A program made the translations under genes and the position numbers. Of a stretch of 61,785 nt of DNA, positions 1-10,054 are shown piece after piece. This DNA is from a virus (Duplodnaviria > Caudoviricetes), in IMG/VR virus record IMGVR_UViG_3300027816_000110, positions 1 to 61,785 of that record; one strand, 5' to 3'. The stretch's first letter is position 1. Every line of letters begins with the position of its first letter. Below the pieces are notes generated by a model. The model saw only the letters and a list, made by a program, of their open reading frames with translations, made no database searches and was not told where the DNA came from.

Positions 1-35
1 CTCTCTATTTTTTAAAACAATTTAAATTATATACA

Positions 36-800
36 ATGGAAACAAAAATCAAACTAGCAAAGCTAGAGTCGAAAGACAGAACTTATTTATTAAGAGGGGA
101 TAGCTCCCCATTAACTTATTTCTTACCATCAAAAGACACTCCTCGTAGACGTCTACTTTATTTTGATGAAGAAACAAACTCAAATCACCCATTAAGATAC
201 GCAAGAAACTCAAACACTCCTTTTCAAGAAGATCAAGATCAAAATGTAATTCTTGAGCCAGTAGTATTTGAAGATGGTGTTTTAATAGTTCCAAAAACAA
301 ATCCAGTACTACAATTATTCTTATATTACCATCCAGGTAATGGTACCGAGTTTTATGAATTCGACAACGAAAAAGACGCTCAACAAGATGTTAAAGATAT
401 CAATATGGAGATTGATGCGTTATTACTTGCAAGAGAACTTGATATTACAAGTTTAGAAGCAATTGCTCGATTGGTATTAGGTAAAGACGTGTCTACTATG
501 ACTTCATCTGAGATTAAGAGAGATATGTTGTTATTTGCTAAAAGATATCCAGAAGACTTCTTAGATGCTGCTGGAGATCCAATGTTGAGAATTAATAATA
601 TAGCATCAAGAGCGATTTCTGATGGATATTTAACTTTTAGAAATAATAAGGACATTCATTATAACTTAAAAGATAACAAGAAGAAATTATTGACAGTTCC
701 TTATGGTGAAAATCATATATTTGTTTTGGCTTCTTGGTTGCAGTCAGACGAAGGTATGGAGTTCTACAAATTCTTAGAGGATAAAATATCAGAAAAATAG
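36..800 (+). CDS. Conserved virion-module protein downstream of MCP (function unknown)
   Basis: 254-aa ORF between MCP (wraps from window end) and the tail ring genes, as in crAss-like Bacteroidota phages. Confidence 0.6.
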   Translation: METKIKLAKLESKDRTYLLRGDSSPLTYFLPSKDTPRRRLLYFDEETNSNHPLRYARNSNTPFQEDQDQNVILEPVVFEDGVLIVPKTNPVLQLFLYYHPGNGTEFYEFDNEKDAQQDVKDINMEIDALLLARELDITSLEAIARLVLGKDVSTMTSSEIKRDMLLFAKRYPEDFLDAAGDPMLRINNIASRAISDGYLTFRNNKDIHYNLKDNKKKLLTVPYGENHIFVLASWLQSDEGMEFYKFLEDKISEK

Positions 801-808
801 TATATTTG
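801..808 (+). promoter_or_regulatory. Bacteroidota -7 promoter element TATATTTG
   Basis: Matches TAnnTTTG, intergenic, 32 nt before ATG at 840. Confidence 0.65.
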
Positions 809-839
809 TGCTATTATTAACCCATTAATTTTTTAACAA

Positions 840-1136
840 ATGGAAAAGTTTATCAGTATTCCTAATAGTTTAGGAGCAAATCAATTAGTTTCTGCTGCAA
901 ACGTAGTAGCTGTTTTTGCAGGTACAGCAGCAACAAATACTGCTACAGCAGCAAATACTGTAATTATGTATCAAGGAGGTAAAGTTGTTACATTGATTCA
1001 TGCAGCTCAAACTGCATTTAACATGCGTAACGCTATTCAAAATGCAATCTCTGCTGCATTGCAAACATCTTGGACTGATACAGTGTATGTAATACCTTCA
1101 TTGCCAATATCGGTAACTGGTATTACAGCTGCTTAA
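840..1136 (+). CDS. Small Ala/Thr-rich putative capsid accessory protein
   Basis: 98-aa ORF with its own promoter and terminator. Confidence 0.5.
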   Translation: MEKFISIPNSLGANQLVSAANVVAVFAGTAATNTATAANTVIMYQGGKVVTLIHAAQTAFNMRNAIQNAISAALQTSWTDTVYVIPSLPISVTGITAA

Positions 1137-1159
1137 TAGCAATCAAAGTAGAAAGGAAG

Positions 1160-1185
1160 AGGCACTCAAAAGAGTGCCTTTTTTT
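1160..1185 (+). terminator. Intrinsic terminator
   Basis: AGGCACTC-AAAA-GAGTGCCT followed by a T run. Confidence 0.85.
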
Positions 1186-1188
1186 ATT

Positions 1189-1196
1189 TATCTTTG
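1189..1196 (+). promoter_or_regulatory. Bacteroidota -7 promoter element TATCTTTG
   Basis: TAnnTTTG directly after the terminator, before ATG 1211. Confidence 0.65.
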
Positions 1197-1210
1197 TAAA
1201 AAGACATTCG

Positions 1211-1906
1211 ATGATAAACGAAGTTAGAAATACCGTTCTGTCTATATTAAGTAAGGACAATCGAGGATACATAACGCCATTTGAGTTTAACCTGTATGCA
1301 AAGCAAGCACAGCTTGAAATATTTACAAACTACATGGAGCAGTATTCAGATGCGTTCTTAAAGAGTATTGCTAGAGGATACGGTGAAGGATATTCAGATG
1401 TTCCTAAAAATGTGGCTGAGTCGCTTGATATATTTTACACGTCAGCAAACTTATCTGGAACTCTAAATGTCTTTACCGCTCCATCTGATTATTACTTCTT
1501 AGAGAAGATAGTTTATAACAACACTGAGGTAGAGAAAGTATCTCATAGAAAGATATTAAATCTATTGTCATCTAACTTAACTTCACCAAGTGTGTCTTAT
1601 CCAGTATACACATTCTCTGGTTCTGATATTACTGTGTATCCAACAACTATAGTATCTGGCGTAACAGCTCATTACTTAAGACTGCCGTTAGATCCAAAGT
1701 GGACATATGTAGCTATGGCGGCTGGAGATTCAGACCCATTGTTCAATCCGTCTGCTGGTGACTATCAAGATTTTGAATTACCAATGGAAGAGTTCCCATT
1801 GTTAGTGGTTAAAATATTGGCATATTGTGGAGTCACTATAAGAGAAACAGAGGTTGTGCAGATAGCAAAAGCGCAAGAAATGCAAGACATCCAACAAAAC
1901 CAATAA
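1211..1906 (+). CDS. Head-tail adaptor / tail ring protein
   Basis: N-terminal KDNRGYITPFEFNLYAKQAQLEIF resembles crAss-like ring proteins; synteny. Confidence 0.6.
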   Translation: MINEVRNTVLSILSKDNRGYITPFEFNLYAKQAQLEIFTNYMEQYSDAFLKSIARGYGEGYSDVPKNVAESLDIFYTSANLSGTLNVFTAPSDYYFLEKIVYNNTEVEKVSHRKILNLLSSNLTSPSVSYPVYTFSGSDITVYPTTIVSGVTAHYLRLPLDPKWTYVAMAAGDSDPLFNPSAGDYQDFELPMEEFPLLVVKILAYCGVTIRETEVVQIAKAQEMQDIQQNQ

Positions 1907-1909
1907 TAA

Positions 1910-2818
1910 ATGGCATACATTACTAACTATCAATACTACACAAATAACGGAGTTATACCAACAGATGTTAACTGGGGTTCATATCAATATGTAAGCCTGG
2001 CTGACGTTGTTAACAATTTTATGTTAATGTATGTAGGTAATGACAAATTGGTCAATAATGTTGATCGATATGCCGTTTTGTTTCATGCTAAGAGAGCTGT
2101 ACAAGAGCTTAATTATGACGCATTAAAAAACATTAAGGTTATAGAGCTTGAAATAGGGGATGACTTGAAGATGGTTATGCCTCCAGATTATGTTAACTAT
2201 GTTAGGATATCTATGTTGAAAAATGGTATACTATTCCCTCTTGTGGAGAACAGAACACCTATGTCAGCTACAGCTTATTTACAAGACAACAATCTAGATA
2301 TCATATTTGACGTAAACGGTGAGATCGTAACAGGTACATCGAAACTTGACATACTAAGACAAGACAAACAGTTATATACTGGTATGGGTCCATATCAAGG
2401 CCAGTACGGATGGTATTGGGATGGTGATTGGTATTTTGGATACAACTTTGGTAAAAGGTTTGGATTAGAAACCGATCAAGCTAATGTAAATCCAAAATTC
2501 TACATAAACAAGGCAGCTGGTGTGATTGATTTTTCTAGCGGTGTAGAGAATCAGATTATTGTTTTTGAATACATATCTGACGGTATGGAAAACGGTGACG
2601 ACTCTCTTATCACAATCAACAAATTAGCTGAAGAGTATTTGTATGCTTATATTAAATGGGCGTTATTAAACAATAAATACGGAATACAAGAGTACGTTAT
2701 AAATAGACTTAGAAAAGAAAAGATGGCTGTTCTTAGAAACACTAAGATCAGATTGAGTAACTTACATCCATCTAGATTATTAATGCCTTTAAGAGGTAGA
2801 GATAAACAAATAAAATGA
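1910..2818 (+). CDS. Tail ring / tubular structural protein
   Basis: 302 aa, LPPDYVNYVRIS-like motif, C-terminal KIRLSNL; lies between adaptor and muzzle. Confidence 0.6.
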   Translation: MAYITNYQYYTNNGVIPTDVNWGSYQYVSLADVVNNFMLMYVGNDKLVNNVDRYAVLFHAKRAVQELNYDALKNIKVIELEIGDDLKMVMPPDYVNYVRISMLKNGILFPLVENRTPMSATAYLQDNNLDIIFDVNGEIVTGTSKLDILRQDKQLYTGMGPYQGQYGWYWDGDWYFGYNFGKRFGLETDQANVNPKFYINKAAGVIDFSSGVENQIIVFEYISDGMENGDDSLITINKLAEEYLYAYIKWALLNNKYGIQEYVINRLRKEKMAVLRNTKIRLSNLHPSRLLMPLRGRDKQIK

Positions 2819-5800
2819 TAAAACTAGACAAGACTTTTATTGCTGGAAAGATGAACAAGGATATAGACGAACGTCTTATCCCAGATGGAGAGTACTTAGA
2901 TGCGTTAAACGTAACTATAGATACGTCACAAGGATCTACTATTGGTGCTGTTCAGAACTCTAGAGGTAATGATAAAATGTCTGACATAGCCACAGTAACT
3001 GGTTTAGCTGTTGTTAACGCAAGAGCTATAGGTGCCGTTGCATATGAGGCTCAAAACCTTATATATTGGCTTGTTACTAGTGATAACTTTGATGCTGTAT
3101 TCGAGTATAACCAATTGACTGACGTAACGACAAAAGTATTGTTGAGTACTACAGGTCAGTTGAACTTTAACAAGAATTACTGCGTTACTGGTATAAATTA
3201 CATACCTGCATTTGGTGATCTTGGACCATTTTTATTTTGGTCTGATGGCCTTAATCCACCAAGGAGAATAAATATTGCTAGAGCTAAATCTTGGTCTGAT
3301 GACGATCCTAGAATTGATCTTGATACTCAGGTTATTCTTCGTCCACCATTGAATGCTCCAAAGATATATTTAAAGACTGACGGTGATCCAGAAACAACAA
3401 ACAACATAGAGAGGAAGTTTTTATATTTTGCTTATCGATATAAATATGTAGATAATCAATATAGCTCTATGTCACCATTTTCTGGTGTAGCATTCCAAGG
3501 AGATACATTCTTTTTTGATTTTGATACTGGTGATAATACTGGTATGAAAAACGTATTCAATAAAATTGATGTAACATTTGATACTGGTAATCAATTTGTT
3601 AAGGAGATACAAGTTGTATTTTATGATACGTCTGGATTAAATACGTATGTAATAGACAATTATAACAAAGGAGAAATAGGTTTATCTGATAATGTTGTTT
3701 ACACCATAGAGTTTTCAAACAATAAAATATACGGACCATTAGATGTATCTCAAATAACTAGACTTTTTGACAATGTGCCTTTGTTAGCTAAGTGTCAAAA
3801 CGTGATAGGAAATAGGTTAGTCTATGGCAACTATACTCAATTTAGAGATCTAAAAGATGCATTTAATCAAGACATATTGATTGACTATAGTGTTGAGGTT
3901 GTTTCAGATCCAATAACTAGCACTTCAGCTACAAGAACATTTAGGTCTGATAGAGATTATGAGATTGGACTTGTTTATACTGATGAATACGGAAGAATGA
4001 CTACAGTTCTTACAACAGAAAATAATTCTGTTTACGTTCCATCAACAAAGTCAGATTATCAGAATTCTATCCGTGTAACATTAAACAATCAAGCACCTAA
4101 CTGGGCTACTAATTTTAGATTTGTATTAAAACAGCCTACTGGTGAATATTATAATATTTTTCCTCAAACATTTTTTATAGACGGACAATTTAGGTATTTC
4201 TTAATTAATGAATCAGATAGAGATAAAATAATAGTAGGTGAATATATAATATTTAAGACTGCTAGTTTTACAGCAACTCATGTAAATACAAAGTTTAAAA
4301 TACTTGAGTTAGAATATAAACAAGCATCATTTATTACTTCAGCTCCAGAAGGTCTATATTTTAAAATTAAGACAGATGGATCTGCATTTCTAAATGATGG
4401 ATCTACGTATACTGCATACAATGCATCTACTGGTAGAGGGCCAAAATCAATTACTAATCCAGATCCACATACTGTACAGCCAGTAAAAAGAACGACGTTA
4501 CCAAGCGTGAATATAACTCCAATTTTTTACAGCGTTTCTGGAATATATACCACTACAACTACATCACCTTCATTAAATGCAGATATAACATCACTTATAG
4601 CAAATACTGATAGTAGAGTAGCTATAAGAATATTAACTTCAACATCATATGAATACACTAGAGATATAGATTTAGGATCTGCTATTTGGTCTGGTCCTTT
4701 TACCATACCTTCTACATTATCAGACACTTTAACACTTGGTACATCACCAACTTCTGATTATGTAGAGTTAAATATAAGATGGGATTCTGATACAGGGTAT
4801 ACTCCTGGAGATGTATTTATATTTAATGTTAGAGGATATAATGTGATTGGATCTCCTAATAGTTATACTGGTACACCATTAAGCCCAGGTACTAATAATG
4901 GTTTATATGGTAATCAAAATGTTATAAACATGCCTAAAGCAGATTATGGAGGAGCGGCATTAATAAACTTTAATTCACCTATATACCCTTTTGCTGAAAT
5001 AACTATAAAAATAGTAAGAGATGGGGTACCAGCAAGTTCTGATAGACAATATACAAATACTTGGATAAACGGTACAAAATATTATCAAAATTTAGAAGAA
5101 TGGTTTTGGAGAGAAGGATATTCTACCTTTGATCAATATGATCAATCTGTTACATTAGTCGGTGGAGCTAATTACGTTACATTTAGATCTGGAACTGGGT
5201 ATAATAAATTTGGATATCCAGGAGATAGTAATTATATGTATGAAACATCAGCTGGAAATATATATATGATAATAAGAGGTTTTGGAACAGGTAATTTAAC
5301 AAAAAGAAACGAAATAACAGTAGAACTAACTGTAAAACAGTCTCCAGGAAAACCTAAATTATCAGCCGAAACAGTTCCAACAAAAACAGATAATGATATT
5401 TATTATGAGTTAAGCAAAACTTACAGAATAGAAAATGGACTTCATAAAGTGTCTTGGGTTTATTCTGATTTTACTGATGGATCAACTGTTTTCCCTTCTA
5501 TTCCAGAAGTAGCAGGTCTTACTGTATTAGGTCCTTTGGATCCTAATAATCCTCTATCTACTGATGCTATACATTCATTTAATGTAGGAGAAATTATATA
5601 TGTAAAAAGCGACAACCCATCAATAGGTCCTCCTGATGGATATTATAATATAACGTATGTAACTGATTATGCTATAGCTATAGATCTTCCATTCCCTGGT
5701 ACTGGACCAGTAACTGGAGGTAAGGTATACTACAATATAAACGAACAAGACCAAACAACATCCATTCCGTTAGTAATAGACATCAACCATCCGACATCAC

Positions 5801-6729
5801 AAAACTCAGATTTCAATGCATTTGCGTTCGGAAATGGCGTTGAGTCAAATAGAATACTAGATGCGTTCTTACAGCCTCAAATGCGGTACAGCCAAAGGGC
5901 TTTAACCACCATTGAGGATTACAAGCAACAGAAGAAAGAAACGTCTCTAACTTATAGCGGTGTATATGTTGGTGCTACACAGCTAAACAATCTGAATGAG
6001 TTTAACTTATCAACAGGAAACTTTAAGAACTTAGACGTTACATACGGACCAATACAAAAGTTATACGCTAGAGATACGGATCTATTAGTATTACATCAAG
6101 ACAAAATAACAAGTGTTCTGTACGGTAAAAACTTATTGGTTGATGCGGTTGGTGGTGGCCAAGTAGCATCTGTTCCAGAGGTTCTTGGAAATCAAGTTGC
6201 TCACCCATCTGAATATGGTATAAGCAACAACCCAGAGAGTTTTGCAAGACACTCAAACGTATTGTTCTTTGCTGATGCTCGTCGCGGTGCTGTGTTGCAA
6301 ATGATAAATGATGAGGTTATAGAGATATCTGATAGTGGTATGAAAAACTACTTTAGAGATACAATGAAAGACAATCCAAACACTCAGAAGTTAGGAAGCT
6401 TTGATCCATTTAACAACCAATATGTTATATCATTTAACGATCAATCTGTCAACCCTTGCGAACTATCTATAGCTCCAACAATATCTGTTACTAGTGCTGC
6501 TGCAAAGACGTTGTTTTTATTTACAATAACATCAAACACATCATGGACGCTTTCATCAAATCAGACTTGGTTGACATTACCTATATCATCTGGGTTTGGA
6601 AATGAGGATATATACGGATCGGTTGAATTAAACGATGTAGAGATGTTTAGATCAGCAAAAGTCACTATAACATACTGCGATGGACTAGAACAAGAATTTA
6701 CATTATTACAATTAGCAACACCAACATAA
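2815..6729 (+). CDS. Tail stabilisation (muzzle, P22 gp10-like) protein, N-terminal part, ending in a BACON-like domain
   Basis: GKMNKDIDERL..GEYLDALN start, YGISNNPESF motif; C-terminal SNTSWTLSSNQTWLTL...QEFTLLQ Ig-like module. Confidence 0.7.
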   Translation: MIKLDKTFIAGKMNKDIDERLIPDGEYLDALNVTIDTSQGSTIGAVQNSRGNDKMSDIATVTGLAVVNARAIGAVAYEAQNLIYWLVTSDNFDAVFEYNQLTDVTTKVLLSTTGQLNFNKNYCVTGINYIPAFGDLGPFLFWSDGLNPPRRINIARAKSWSDDDPRIDLDTQVILRPPLNAPKIYLKTDGDPETTNNIERKFLYFAYRYKYVDNQYSSMSPFSGVAFQGDTFFFDFDTGDNTGMKNVFNKIDVTFDTGNQFVKEIQVVFYDTSGLNTYVIDNYNKGEIGLSDNVVYTIEFSNNKIYGPLDVSQITRLFDNVPLLAKCQNVIGNRLVYGNYTQFRDLKDAFNQDILIDYSVEVVSDPITSTSATRTFRSDRDYEIGLVYTDEYGRMTTVLTTENNSVYVPSTKSDYQNSIRVTLNNQAPNWATNFRFVLKQPTGEYYNIFPQTFFIDGQFRYFLINESDRDKIIVGEYIIFKTASFTATHVNTKFKILELEYKQASFITSAPEGLYFKIKTDGSAFLNDGSTYTAYNASTGRGPKSITNPDPHTVQPVKRTTLPSVNITPIFYSVSGIYTTTTTSPSLNADITSLIANTDSRVAIRILTSTSYEYTRDIDLGSAIWSGPFTIPSTLSDTLTLGTSPTSDYVELNIRWDSDTGYTPGDVFIFNVRGYNVIGSPNSYTGTPLSPGTNNGLYGNQNVINMPKADYGGAALINFNSPIYPFAEITIKIVRDGVPASSDRQYTNTWINGTKYYQNLEEWFWREGYSTFDQYDQSVTLVGGANYVTFRSGTGYNKFGYPGDSNYMYETSAGNIYMIIRGFGTGNLTKRNEITVELTVKQSPGKPKLSAETVPTKTDNDIYYELSKTYRIENGLHKVSWVYSDFTDGSTVFPSIPEVAGLTVLGPLDPNNPLSTDAIHSFNVGEIIYVKSDNPSIGPPDGYYNITYVTDYAIAIDLPFPGTGPVTGGKVYYNINEQDQTTSIPLVIDINHPTSQNSDFNAFAFGNGVESNRILDAFLQPQMRYSQRALTTIEDYKQQKKETSLTYSGVYVGATQLNNLNEFNLSTGNFKNLDVTYGPIQKLYARDTDLLVLHQDKITSVLYGKNLLVDAVGGGQVASVPEVLGNQVAHPSEYGISNNPESFARHSNVLFFADARRGAVLQMINDEVIEISDSGMKNYFRDTMKDNPNTQKLGSFDPFNNQYVISFNDQSVNPCELSIAPTISVTSAAAKTLFLFTITSNTSWTLSSNQTWLTLPISSGFGNEDIYGSVELNDVEMFRSAKVTITYCDGLEQEFTLLQLATPT

Positions 6730-6730
6730 T

Positions 6731-7735
6731 ATGTGCGACTGTATAAAAATAACATACGTAGACCTAAAAGGAAATGTAGTAACATTTGAGACTGGTATTA
6801 TTGAATCAAAAACTGGTGATTACTATGAGTTTGATAATTTCTTTATATATCCACTTAAAGAAGGTTGGTCTCTTCAATATGGAAAAGGTGATATAATAGG
6901 AGAAATAAATACACTTGATTGTCCGCTTGGTCAGTTTGATTTAATTGATAATGAATTCTTTCTAAGTTTTATTGTAGAGAAGTGCGATAGCGACTACAAG
7001 ACGATAACATATTCTACTGTAAGTCAAGGTTGGAATTCATTTTGGTCATTTAATCCAGATTGGATGACTGAGCTTAATAACGTATTTTATACCATGAAGG
7101 ACGGTGATTTATGGAGGCATAACACTAATCTTACTAGGAATAATTTTTACGGTGTTCAGTATAACTCAACAATAAAGACAATATTTAACGCTAGTCCGTT
7201 AGACAACAAGGTATTTAAAAATCTATCTATAAATAGTAATGAACCTTGGACGGCATACATAGATACAAATCTACAGACAGCTGAGACTCCATATACTTAT
7301 TTTGTTGAAAAGGAAGGATTTTGGTTTGCTTACATAAGACGTCAAGATAATACGATATCAATAAAATCACTTTCTACACAAGGTGTTGGAGAGGTAAACA
7401 CGGCTACTAGCCCTTCTCCTACTACTGGTATAGTTACTTTTCCAAACAACATAGACAAGAACTCTATAAGCATTGGTGACAAACTATATAAAAATTCACT
7501 AGGTACATTATTTTTCTTGGGTGATATAGTATCATACACAGATAATAGCATAGATATAGATATAACTTTTGGTGCATTACCTTCACCTGGAGATTTTATA
7601 ATAGCTGTTAAAAACTCTCAAGTTGAGTCTTATGGTGTTCGTGGTGTATACATGAATGTTCAGCTTGAGAATGATAGTACTGATGAAGTAGAATTATTTT
7701 CACTAAGTAGTACATCATTCAAAAGTTTTCAGTAA
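6731..7735 (+). CDS. Muzzle/tail protein, separated C-terminal portion
   Basis: GWNSFWSFNPDWM, RNNFYG, EKEGFWF and ESYGVRGVY motifs typical of the C-terminal part of this family. Confidence 0.6.
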   Translation: MCDCIKITYVDLKGNVVTFETGIIESKTGDYYEFDNFFIYPLKEGWSLQYGKGDIIGEINTLDCPLGQFDLIDNEFFLSFIVEKCDSDYKTITYSTVSQGWNSFWSFNPDWMTELNNVFYTMKDGDLWRHNTNLTRNNFYGVQYNSTIKTIFNASPLDNKVFKNLSINSNEPWTAYIDTNLQTAETPYTYFVEKEGFWFAYIRRQDNTISIKSLSTQGVGEVNTATSPSPTTGIVTFPNNIDKNSISIGDKLYKNSLGTLFFLGDIVSYTDNSIDIDITFGALPSPGDFIIAVKNSQVESYGVRGVYMNVQLENDSTDEVELFSLSSTSFKSFQ

Positions 7736-7740
7736 ATTTG
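7733..7740 (+). promoter_or_regulatory. Bacteroidota -7 promoter element TAAATTTG
   Basis: TAnnTTTG before the ejection-protein cluster. Confidence 0.55.
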
Positions 7741-7757
7741 TATAAAACGTATTAGTT

Positions 7758-8423
7758 ATGATTCCTCAGTTAGCATTATACGCTCTGGGTGCTGGAGCTA
7801 ACGCTGTACAAGCGTTCCAAGCTCAAAAGAATATGAGAAAGGCACAAGAAGCGGCACAAAAAGCCTATCAAGAAATGAAGGCTATAAAAGAAATAAATCC
7901 GTTCAAACAAGTTCAAGTTCCTACATTAGGTAGTCAACTAGCTCAACAATCATTAGATAGGGCCACTATGGGTGCATTAAGTACATTACAGAGCACTGGA
8001 GCTGAAGGTGCTATAGGTGGTGTTGGAAATGTGTTGCAAGCTAATATTGGTCAAGGTCTTGAAAACGCAGCTATGTTAAACGAAGCTCAATTCAAGAGAG
8101 ATGCCATGCAAGCTGAAGCTGAGGCTGGTATTCAAGCTAGACAAGCTGAAAGAGATTGGATGCTTGGAGCTCAACAAGCTCAAAGTGCTGAACTAAGAAG
8201 AGCTGACGCTGAGACAAATAGAAATGCTTCTGTAATGGGTATAGCTGGATCTTTAAATTCAGCAGCTGGGCTAATGGGGGATTACTTTGAGTCAAATCCT
8301 TATGGTTCTTTTGCTGATATGTTTAAAATGAACAAATCTAAAAAATCCAATACCCCTTCATCATCTTATGATTGGAATAATAGCATGAATCCGAACGGTT
8401 TATCTACTTTTATACGCAAATAA
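7758..8423 (+). CDS. Putative DNA ejection (internal virion) protein
   Basis: Ala/Gln/Gly-rich helical protein, first of three genes of increasing size after the tail genes. Confidence 0.55.
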   Translation: MIPQLALYALGAGANAVQAFQAQKNMRKAQEAAQKAYQEMKAIKEINPFKQVQVPTLGSQLAQQSLDRATMGALSTLQSTGAEGAIGGVGNVLQANIGQGLENAAMLNEAQFKRDAMQAEAEAGIQARQAERDWMLGAQQAQSAELRRADAETNRNASVMGIAGSLNSAAGLMGDYFESNPYGSFADMFKMNKSKKSNTPSSSYDWNNSMNPNGLSTFIRK

Positions 8424-8425
8424 TA

Positions 8426-10054
8426 ATGGCAACTAGAAACGACTACTTTGGATATATACCGTCAGAGACGAGGATCGACTGGGGTAAAATGACGGGAGAT
8501 CTTGCCAAAACAATAACTGACGCTTACGGAAACAGGGAGAAAGTAAGAGAGGAGTTAGATCAAATAAAGACGACTAATGACGCTCTTGTAACAAACACAG
8601 AGAGAGGTAAAACTCAAGCTCTAAATGAACTTGTTCTTTCTGGTGCTGATGACGCTAAGATGAAAATGCTTGAGTGGCATAAAGCTCTAAAGAGAGGTGA
8701 GATAACAGCAAAAGAATACAAAAACAGGATGAACAATCTAACTGAAAATTGGAAGGCTTTTGCTAACAATATGAAAACATTTGACACAAGAATGCAAGAC
8801 ATTATGTCAAGACAACAACCAGGAGAAGATGGTAAGATCGCTGGTTCTGGTTTTGAAGCTTCTGTCAATCAAAAAATTGCTTCGTTAGGTGATTTGAGAA
8901 ACAAAAAAATAACTATAGACAATGAGAGCGGAAAGGTATATATGGGGTCATTAGATCCTAATACTGGGCAATACGATCCAAATACATTAATTGATGCCAT
9001 GTCTATTGGTAATGTATCAAATATGTTAGACAATAGAGTAGACGTTGTTGACTTGACTAGTGATTTAGCAAAAACATTTAAAGATTGGTCTGTATCAAAT
9101 CCAGGTAAGACTGTTCAAGATGCTAGACAAAATCCATTCTTATCAAAAGCTAAAAATAACTTTAAGGCTGGAGTATTATCTAACAATAGAATGGTTACAA
9201 GTATACTCGTTGATAACGGAGACGGTGATTATGATATTTATTTTGATGATGATGACAGAAAAAATAAATTACAGCAAATGCTGTCTGCTGAAATGGAGTC
9301 AAGGAAAACTACACCAAAATACAGTAGTTCTGACATAACTAAAAAAATAGAGCAATATAAAAAGAATAATAAGAAAGCTACAACTGCACAGTTAGAACAA
9401 TACAGAGATAAACTTGAGTCTGAGACTGTTGGTGATATGACGTTAGAAGAGCAAAAAAAATTCATAGAGGATGCTCAATTAAAACTTATTCCAGCTGTTC
9501 TTGATGAAAATGGTGTTTATCAACCACAACCAACTCAATATCAGTTACAACAAGCTGACGCTATATTAGATGCTAGTATAGAATCTCAAATACCTAAAAG
9601 TGTTCAAATAACCCCAGTAACCAGATCATCTGGTAGTGTCGGTGTCAGCGGTGGCTCAAAAGGTAGCGGAGGAGCTCCAAATACCGCATTATATCGACAG
9701 ATAGTAAGTGGATTTAATGATAGAAGTCCTGCTGGAGCTGCTAGATTAGCAGCGGCTAGTGGAGGTAAATATAGGTTTGAATTTAAGCCTAAGCAGCCAG
9801 GTGTTTTTGTATATGAAACTAGATACGTGTCAAATGGATTTGGAGGTCAAGAGGCTCAAGATTTTGAGATTGGATATTTCCAAAATGCAAGAGATTTGGC
9901 TCCAATAGTAGGATTTGCTAGCGGAACAGGTGCTACATCTTCAACAGCATTTGACGAATGGGATGCTTCAGAAAGAGCTGTAATGGGAGGAAAATCAACA
10001 AATAATAAGAGCGGAAAAGCAGAAGGTGATGATTTATTTAAAAACCCTAAATAA
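8426..10054 (+). CDS. Putative internal virion/ejection protein
   Basis: 542 aa, coiled-coil rich; synteny. Confidence 0.5.
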   Translation: MATRNDYFGYIPSETRIDWGKMTGDLAKTITDAYGNREKVREELDQIKTTNDALVTNTERGKTQALNELVLSGADDAKMKMLEWHKALKRGEITAKEYKNRMNNLTENWKAFANNMKTFDTRMQDIMSRQQPGEDGKIAGSGFEASVNQKIASLGDLRNKKITIDNESGKVYMGSLDPNTGQYDPNTLIDAMSIGNVSNMLDNRVDVVDLTSDLAKTFKDWSVSNPGKTVQDARQNPFLSKAKNNFKAGVLSNNRMVTSILVDNGDGDYDIYFDDDDRKNKLQQMLSAEMESRKTTPKYSSSDITKKIEQYKKNNKKATTAQLEQYRDKLESETVGDMTLEEQKKFIEDAQLKLIPAVLDENGVYQPQPTQYQLQQADAILDASIESQIPKSVQITPVTRSSGSVGVSGGSKGSGGAPNTALYRQIVSGFNDRSPAGAARLAAASGGKYRFEFKPKQPGVFVYETRYVSNGFGGQEAQDFEIGYFQNARDLAPIVGFASGTGATSSTAFDEWDASERAVMGGKSTNNKSGKAEGDDLFKNPK

